From: an uncultured virus (IMG/VR IMGVR_UViG_3300027708_000048)
Taxonomy: Duplodnaviria; Heunggongvirae; Uroviricota; Caudoviricetes
Strand: one strand, 5' to 3'
Virus record (IMG/VR): IMGVR_UViG_3300027708_000048
DNA: 64,000 bases
Part shown: piece after piece, positions 58,003 through 64,000 of the stretch
Position numbering within the stretch: the first letter of the stretch is position 1
How the letters are laid out: each line of letters begins with the position of its first letter
Translations under genes and position numbers: made by a program
Notes under the pieces: generated by a model
What the model saw: only the letters and a program-made list of their open reading frames with translations
Databases searched by the model: none
Told to the model about the DNA's origin: nothing

Positions 58003-59263
58003 CCACGGAATTTTCACCAGCTTCGCAAAGAGGCTGGGAGAGATGCACGAGGTTTATTACTTCGTTCCCTACGCTGACCGCTCGTTTCCAAAGCATGGCC
58101 CAGCTATGGTTGGGGATGGCATTGAAGGCGTGGAGCGGGTCGAGGATATGTGGAGGCTCGTGGATGAAGTTGACTTCATTGTGTTCCCAGATGTGGGATT
58201 CTACCAGTTGCAGGAATGGCTACGCTCCAGAGGCTACAAGGTCTGGGGGGCTGGTCTAGGAGAGAAGCTGGAAGTCCAGAGGTGGAGGGCCAAGGAAACC
58301 ATGAAATCCTTGGGGCTTCCTGTGGGCAAGTGTGAGCTTGTTACCGGGATGAGCAACCTTCGATCTTATCTTGAGGATAACGAGGATGTCTATGTGAAGA
58401 TAAGCGGCTTCCGTGGACTAGCCGAAACCTTCCATTCCAAAAATTGGAAGACAGCAGAGCCTCGCATGAACGAGCTTTGGGATCACCTTGGTGGAGCCTG
58501 TGAGGTGTTTCCGTTTGTTGTAGAGCATAAGGTGGAGAGTGTTGTGGAAGCTGGTTATGACGGCTTCTGCATTGATGGCAAGTTCCCATCTACTTGCCTT
58601 ACAGGGGTTGAGATTAAGGACAAGGGCTACCTTGGTGCTATCCGTGATTACTCAAAGCTGTCAGATCCAGTTAGGATTGTTAACGAGAAGTTGGCTCCGT
58701 TTCTAGCTGAAGCTGAATATCGCCAGTGGTTCTCCACGGAAATCCGAGTTACGGAGGATAACACGCCTTATCTCATTGACCTCACTACCCGCTGTCCAGC
58801 CCCTCCATCTGCCCTGTATTGGGAGATGATTGATAATGTGGCGGACATTGTGGAGGGTGGAGCTAATGGTGATCTGGTTGAGCCAGAGTGGAGATATAAG
58901 TATGGTGCGTTAGCCGTCATCACTTCTGACTTTGCCGCAGAACGCTGGTGCCCAGTTAGCAACGATCCAGAAGTGGATCAGTGGATTAAGTGGCGTAACT
59001 ACGCAAACATTGAAGGCCAAGGCTATATCATCCCCACAGATGGAGTTAAGATGATTGAGATTGGGGATTGCATCGGCGTTGGCGGCACTATGGAAGAAGC
59101 AATTAATGCTTGCAAAGATCACGCCGAATCTGTAGATGGATTTAATGTGGTGGTTAATACGGACTCTCTTATTGATGGTCTTGATGAAATCACTAAAGCT
59201 GAAGAGCATGGGATAATCTTCAGTGATGAAAAGCTCCCAAAGAAAAAAGACTTAATTAAATGA
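57980..59263 (+). CDS. ATP-grasp ligase, PurD/GARS-like
   Basis: Homolog of 13118..14407. Confidence 0.75.
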   Translation: MSKCLVIDHGIFTSFAKRLGEMHEVYYFVPYADRSFPKHGPAMVGDGIEGVERVEDMWRLVDEVDFIVFPDVGFYQLQEWLRSRGYKVWGAGLGEKLEVQRWRAKETMKSLGLPVGKCELVTGMSNLRSYLEDNEDVYVKISGFRGLAETFHSKNWKTAEPRMNELWDHLGGACEVFPFVVEHKVESVVEAGYDGFCIDGKFPSTCLTGVEIKDKGYLGAIRDYSKLSDPVRIVNEKLAPFLAEAEYRQWFSTEIRVTEDNTPYLIDLTTRCPAPPSALYWEMIDNVADIVEGGANGDLVEPEWRYKYGALAVITSDFAAERWCPVSNDPEVDQWIKWRNYANIEGQGYIIPTDGVKMIEIGDCIGVGGTMEEAINACKDHAESVDGFNVVVNTDSLIDGLDEITKAEEHGIIFSDEKLPKKKDLIK

Positions 59264-59538
59264 CATACGAAGAGTGGAGGCATGATGTAAGTCTTGCCTC
59301 GCAGTTAAAGGAGGCACTTGCCTTGCCTGTTATCCAGAAAGCATTATCCGTTGTGGATTCGCTTACTGCCGCTAAAGCCCTTGGAAGCACTAACGCTATC
59401 CTGCAAGTGGCATCCAATAGCCATGTGCTGTTTGGTTATGATGCTGGACGAGCCAGTATTGTCTCTGACCTCCATAACCTTGCAGTTGTCCCAGAAGAAG
59501 TTAACGAAATCCCGCCATCCTATATTGGAGAGTTTTAA
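59260..59538 (+). CDS. hypothetical protein
   Basis: Homolog of 14404..14682. Confidence 0.7.
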   Translation: MTYEEWRHDVSLASQLKEALALPVIQKALSVVDSLTAAKALGSTNAILQVASNSHVLFGYDAGRASIVSDLHNLAVVPEEVNEIPPSYIGEF

Positions 59539-59541
59539 TTT

Positions 59542-60738
59542 ATGTCAGACCCAAACCTAAACACGACTGCACCCGCAGAACCAAACATCGGAAACACGCC
59601 ACCCCCAGTGGACGAAAGTTGGGAGAGCCAAATCTCCCGCCAACTAAAGAGCAAGCCCAAGATTGAGAGGACAGACCTAAAGAGCTTGGAGAGTCTGCCA
59701 GAGATGGCTGTCCCTGTTCCAGATGGCATGGACGAGGTGTCCACGCAGGAGAGCGAAGACTTCCTCAAGCAGATGGAGGGAGGTTCCACGGAATCCAAGG
59801 CCGAATCCAAGAAGGAGGTTAAGGCCGAGGAGACAAAGCCAGAGAACAGTTTTGACATCTCGGACATTGATCTGTCCAAAGACCCAGAGCCTGTTGCCGA
59901 GAAGAAGAAGAAGTCCAAGGAAGACAACATCGCAGAGCTTCGCAAGAAAGCGGAGAGCTACGAGGAGACTCTTAAATCCAAAGATACGGAAGTCCAGACC
60001 TATCGGGAGAAGCTAGAGAAACTGGAAGCGGAACTGGAACGAACCGCATTTGAGCGTTCCCCTAAATTCAAGGAAAAATATGAAGCACCATACAAAGCAA
60101 GCATTGAACAAGCGGCGGCATTCGCCCAAGAGATTGCAGACGATCCAACCATTGCGGAGAAAGCCCTCTCGCTCAAAGGCAAAGAGCGGATTGAGTTCAT
60201 CGACGAGAGCTTCGGCGGTGGAGCGGCTTCGGCCCAGTTCCTTCAGCTTGTCAACGATGCTGACAGCAAGCGGGGAAGTCTGGAAGGAGCTTTGGCAGAT
60301 TATCGGAACACTGCCGTTGAAATTCAGCAAGCAGAAACCCAGTCCCAAGTCCAAACAGCGGAAACGATAAACAAAAACTTTGACCGCATGAAGGCTCACC
60401 TTGCCAATAAGAGTGAGTTCTTCCGTGAGGTGGAAGGGGACGATGACCACAATAAGGCCGTGAGTGCAAGAGTTGAGGCCGCTCGTGCAATCATCCACGG
60501 CAACGCCAGCCAAAATGAAATGGTTGTCGCCCCCTTCCTTGCGGTGATCGCAAAGGAGGCAGTTGCAGAGAACGAGAAGCTGAAGGCCGAGCTTGCCAAA
60601 TACAAGAGCAGGGCGGCGGCTGATGCCGCAGTCCAGCCTCGTATCACAAAAGGAAGCTCGTCTGACGATGAGGGAGAAACTAGAGGAAAGCCGAAATCGG
60701 CACTTGACTCCATCCGCTCACAACTGCGAAGCTACTAA
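59542..60738 (+). CDS. putative scaffolding protein
   Basis: Homolog of 14924..16117. Confidence 0.6.
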   Translation: MSDPNLNTTAPAEPNIGNTPPPVDESWESQISRQLKSKPKIERTDLKSLESLPEMAVPVPDGMDEVSTQESEDFLKQMEGGSTESKAESKKEVKAEETKPENSFDISDIDLSKDPEPVAEKKKKSKEDNIAELRKKAESYEETLKSKDTEVQTYREKLEKLEAELERTAFERSPKFKEKYEAPYKASIEQAAAFAQEIADDPTIAEKALSLKGKERIEFIDESFGGGAASAQFLQLVNDADSKRGSLEGALADYRNTAVEIQQAETQSQVQTAETINKNFDRMKAHLANKSEFFREVEGDDDHNKAVSARVEAARAIIHGNASQNEMVVAPFLAVIAKEAVAENEKLKAELAKYKSRAAADAAVQPRITKGSSSDDEGETRGKPKSALDSIRSQLRSY

Positions 60739-60756
60739 TTCAGCGTGGGAAAAACG

Positions 60757-60804
60757 GAAGCCCCTCTCTCCTGCAAGTGCAGATAGGGAGGGGTTTCTTA
60801 TTTT
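60757..60804 (+). terminator. terminator/attenuator hairpin before TerL
   Basis: Homolog of 16136..16183. Confidence 0.7.
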
Positions 60805-62493
60805 ATGAAGCTACAGACATACGGCCTAGATTTCAGTAAGCACCCAGCCATAACGCAACTGGAGATAGAGTTGCTGATGGTTGCTGATCAAGACCCATCA
60901 CGCATCACCGGGATTAGCCGGGGGCAACACATTAAGCATTGTATCTCCATGCTCTGGCCCGATGTGATTAAGTCATGGAATGACTGGAACGAACTGGCTC
61001 TATGGGCTTGGACAAACTACGACGAGATCGGGGTTACTGGCTGTGCCGCCGCTGGCAAGACCTTCACATTCACTCTCCTGTCCCTTGTTGAATACTTGGC
61101 TAGGCCGATGGGGACTCGTGTGGCCCTAACCAGCACAACTGTTCCATCCCTGCGTGGGCGTATCTGGGCCGAAATGATGAGGTTTGTGAGGCCATGCGTC
61201 CCGCTCTTTGGGCTTAATGTGGTGGACTCCCAGACCAAGATCCAGTTTAAGAAGGGCGACGATAGGAGTGCCATCATAGCACTGGCAGTAGATAGCGGGG
61301 CCGTGGAGCAGGCCGTTGGCAAATTGCAGGGCGTTCACTTGCCAAGGGTTTGCATCATGGCTGACGAAGCCGCCCAGACAAATCCAGCTATCTTCTCGGC
61401 TAGGGCCAACTTGCAAGTGGGAACGGATTTCTATCACTTTATCGCTATTGCCAACGCATCATCCATGTTCGACCCTCACGGCCTGTTCTGTGAGCCAAAG
61501 ATGGGCTGGGGAAGCATTGGTGATGATGATGAGCATTGGGAAACCAAGAGCGGAATCTGCGTGAGGTTTGATGGGCTAAAGTCTCCCAACATCAAGGCTG
61601 GCAGGGTTATCTATCCTTATCTCTTCTCACAGGAGAATGTTGACATCATCAAAAAGAACTACGGAGAGGGTAGCTTGGAGTGGAATAGCTATTGCAGGGG
61701 AATGTGGAGCAAGAGCGGGGCGAGGAATACCATCCTAGACTCCGCAATGATCACGGAAGGAAAGGCCAGAGAGGGCGTTATATGGGCTGGTGGTGGCATT
61801 AAGACCATTGCTGGGCTTGATCCCGCATTCACTACGCAAGGAGACGATTGTATCTTGAGGTTTGCAAAGGTGGGCAAGGCCGCTGACGGAGACATCACGA
61901 TGCTCCTCACCGATACCATCCGTCTTAATCTCATGGATGATCCGAACTACCCGCTGTTCTATCAAGTCGCAGACCAGACGATTAACGAGCTTGAGAAGCG
62001 TGGAGTTCAGCCAGAAGACTTTGCACTGGACTCAACTGGTGCTGGTGCTGGTATAGCCGACATCATCTCCCAGAGATGGCAGGGTGGCTTTACTAGGGTG
62101 AGCTTTGGAGGGGCATCTACAGACGCTCCAGTAAGCGTTGAGGACACAAGGCCAGCCAAGCAAGTCTATGCCAATCGGGTGACTCAACTATGGGGGCAGA
62201 TCAAGGTTGTCGTTATGGGAGGAAGACTCCGAGGCATGGATGATCAAACTGCAAGAGAGCTTTGTGCCAGGATTTACTCGCTAAAAAATGAGAAGATTCT
62301 TCTTGAGAGCAAGAAGGAGTTAAAGCGGAGAACCAAGGGAAACTCGCCAGATAGGGCCGATGCCCTTGCGTTGCTTGTGGAGTTGTTTGTATCACAAAAC
62401 GGCCTTGGAGAAGCCACTGGAAGTCAAGAACAAAATAATGACAACTGGGATGAATTTGTTATGGACAACGATATGGAATCTGACTATCGGTAG
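60805..62493 (+). CDS. terL: terminase large subunit, allele B
   Basis: GCAAAGKT, IMADEA, GLDPAF, SPDRADA. Confidence 0.9.
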   Translation: MKLQTYGLDFSKHPAITQLEIELLMVADQDPSRITGISRGQHIKHCISMLWPDVIKSWNDWNELALWAWTNYDEIGVTGCAAAGKTFTFTLLSLVEYLARPMGTRVALTSTTVPSLRGRIWAEMMRFVRPCVPLFGLNVVDSQTKIQFKKGDDRSAIIALAVDSGAVEQAVGKLQGVHLPRVCIMADEAAQTNPAIFSARANLQVGTDFYHFIAIANASSMFDPHGLFCEPKMGWGSIGDDDEHWETKSGICVRFDGLKSPNIKAGRVIYPYLFSQENVDIIKKNYGEGSLEWNSYCRGMWSKSGARNTILDSAMITEGKAREGVIWAGGGIKTIAGLDPAFTTQGDDCILRFAKVGKAADGDITMLLTDTIRLNLMDDPNYPLFYQVADQTINELEKRGVQPEDFALDSTGAGAGIADIISQRWQGGFTRVSFGGASTDAPVSVEDTRPAKQVYANRVTQLWGQIKVVVMGGRLRGMDDQTARELCARIYSLKNEKILLESKKELKRRTKGNSPDRADALALLVELFVSQNGLGEATGSQEQNNDNWDEFVMDNDMESDYR

Positions 62494-62497
62494 TCGC

Positions 62498-63247
62498 ATG
62501 GAAAAAACAAAACTGGTGCGTAATGCACCTCATCAAAAATACCATCTAGCTGATGGAACCCAAGTGCCGGGGGGTAGCACTATCTGCAAGATCGGAGACG
62601 ATCCATCTGCCCTAATCCACTGGGCGTGGAACCTCGGATCACAAGGCAAGGACTATCGCAAGGAGCGAGATAAGGCCGCTGACATTGGAACCATCGCTCA
62701 CTTCATGATTGAGTGTATGCTTAATGGTAATGTGGCTGATCTCTCCGATTACGACGAGGCTGACATAGCCAAGGCTTTAGTCTGCTACACCAAGTTCCTC
62801 GACTGGTGGGAGCTTCAGAACCTCAAGGTGGTAGCTACGGAGATCCAGTTAGTTAATGAGGAGTTCCGCTATGGAGGCACGATTGACCTCATTGCAGTTA
62901 ATGATGGCGGCGATCATGTGCTTCTTGACTTCAAAACTTCCAAGAAAATCAGCGATGGCTATTGGAGGCAATGTGCTGGGTACTCTGCTTTGTGGAACTG
63001 CAATCAAGAAGAATATGGGAAATGGATAGTTATTGATCCTGCAGGAGTTTTGAAAATCAAAGAAGCAGGGCATAAACAGATTCAATCCGTTGCCATCGTG
63101 CGTATCGGCAAGGAGGAGGAAGGTGACTTTGAAGTGGTATGGAAGGAGGATCTTTCCAAGGAGTGGTTTGTGTTCCAGAAGCAAGTTGACCTTTACTGGG
63201 CCTTGCAAGCCGCAAAGCCAGAGCCAAAGCGTAAGAAGAAGGCATGA
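62498..63247 (+). CDS. PD-(D/E)XK exonuclease
   Basis: Homolog of 19132..19821 with a ~20-aa insertion. Confidence 0.85.
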   Translation: MEKTKLVRNAPHQKYHLADGTQVPGGSTICKIGDDPSALIHWAWNLGSQGKDYRKERDKAADIGTIAHFMIECMLNGNVADLSDYDEADIAKALVCYTKFLDWWELQNLKVVATEIQLVNEEFRYGGTIDLIAVNDGGDHVLLDFKTSKKISDGYWRQCAGYSALWNCNQEEYGKWIVIDPAGVLKIKEAGHKQIQSVAIVRIGKEEEGDFEVVWKEDLSKEWFVFQKQVDLYWALQAAKPEPKRKKKA

Positions 63248-64000
63248 ACCTTCCATCCTCACAAGATGCAGAGAGGGCACTCCTCTCCTGCATCATGCAG
63301 AACCCATCCGTAATGGATGAGATTGCAGACCTTGCTTCCCCCAAGCTGTTCCATCACCCCTCGCATCGCAAGGTGTTTGAGGGGCTGGTGGAACTTTGGA
63401 AGGAGGGTAGCGACTGCGACCTTATCACCATCACCAACCACATGATGAACGCTGGCACTCTTGAGCTTTCTGGAGGGCCAGCTTTCGTGACGGAAATATT
63501 CACCTCATTTTCCGTTAGGTCAAACTGGAGGGAATACCTAGACATCCTACGCAATAAGCACACTGCAAGACTTTCGATCAGTGCCGCAGAGCGGATCATT
63601 GCCAGTGCAAACGATCCTGCACACGAAGGGGATTTGAGCGAGATCGTGCAGAAGGCTTTGGTTGCAGTAGCCGCCGATGCCGAGACAACGACCAAGATCC
63701 AGAGCATCAAGGAGGCCGCTGGCAACAGGCTTGATGAATACGAGAACATGGTCAAGAACAAGGGCAAGCTACTCGGTATCACTACAGGCTTTAGCCAGCT
63801 TGATGAGCTTACTGGAGGCTTCCGTGGAGGCCAGCTTGTGGTCATTGGTGCCCCTACCAAGGGCGGCAAGACCGCTATGGCACTCAACATGGCTATGAGA
63901 ACGAGCGATGTTGGCGGCAATCCCACTGGAATCCTCTCACTGGAGATGAGTAGCGGAGAGCTTGTTGACAGGCTTGTAGCGTCTTATAGCGGGGCTGATG
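63244..64000 (+). CDS. dnaB: DnaB helicase, truncated by window edge
   Basis: MNLPSSQDAERALLSC..GITTGF..GAPTKGGKT..SLEM. Confidence 0.9.
   Translation, partial: MNLPSSQDAERALLSCIMQNPSVMDEIADLASPKLFHHPSHRKVFEGLVELWKEGSDCDLITITNHMMNAGTLELSGGPAFVTEIFTSFSVRSNWREYLDILRNKHTARLSISAAERIIASANDPAHEGDLSEIVQKALVAVAADAETTTKIQSIKEAAGNRLDEYENMVKNKGKLLGITTGFSQLDELTGGFRGGQLVVIGAPTKGGKTAMALNMAMRTSDVGGNPTGILSLEMSSGELVDRLVASYSGAD

Larger units (their letters stand above)
42589..64000 (+). repeat. second, diverged copy of the phage unit at 1..~20575
   Basis: Collinear homologs from capsid to DnaB. Confidence 0.95.

Overview
The whole window is tailed-phage DNA. I see no host genes, rRNA/tRNA, CRISPR array, integrase or reverse transcriptase. 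It holds about 1.5 head-to-tail copies of a ~42.6-kb, probably podovirus-like genome: position 1 corresponds to 42589 and the capsid stops at 839 and 43427 are 42,588 bp apart. The copies are related but not identical. Order: capsid - LamG receptor-binding protein - lysis cassette - ERF - metallophosphoesterase - portal - PurD-like ATP-grasp - scaffold - TerL - (C5 methyltransferase) - exonuclease - DnaB - small genes - leftward small-gene array - putative TerS - glycosyltransferase-like genes - adaptor/internal virion proteins - nucleases - capsid again. Copy 2 (42237-64000) carries a collagen-fibre module, a shorter receptor-binding protein and a divergent TerL allele, and lacks several copy-1 genes (HNH, methyltransferase block, small ORFs). 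The first 127 bp exactly match 42589-42715, so the duplication may be an assembly chimera of two co-occurring strains. The most notable biology: a C5 methyltransferase apparently split over two overlapping reading frames, an ATP-grasp ligase in the head module plus three glyco-enzymes (possible virion modification), many promoters that predict leaderless mRNAs, C/A-rich spacers between small early genes, and a promoter-driven structured non-coding stretch at 27612-27936. All family assignments come from motif recognition by eye; no database search was run.
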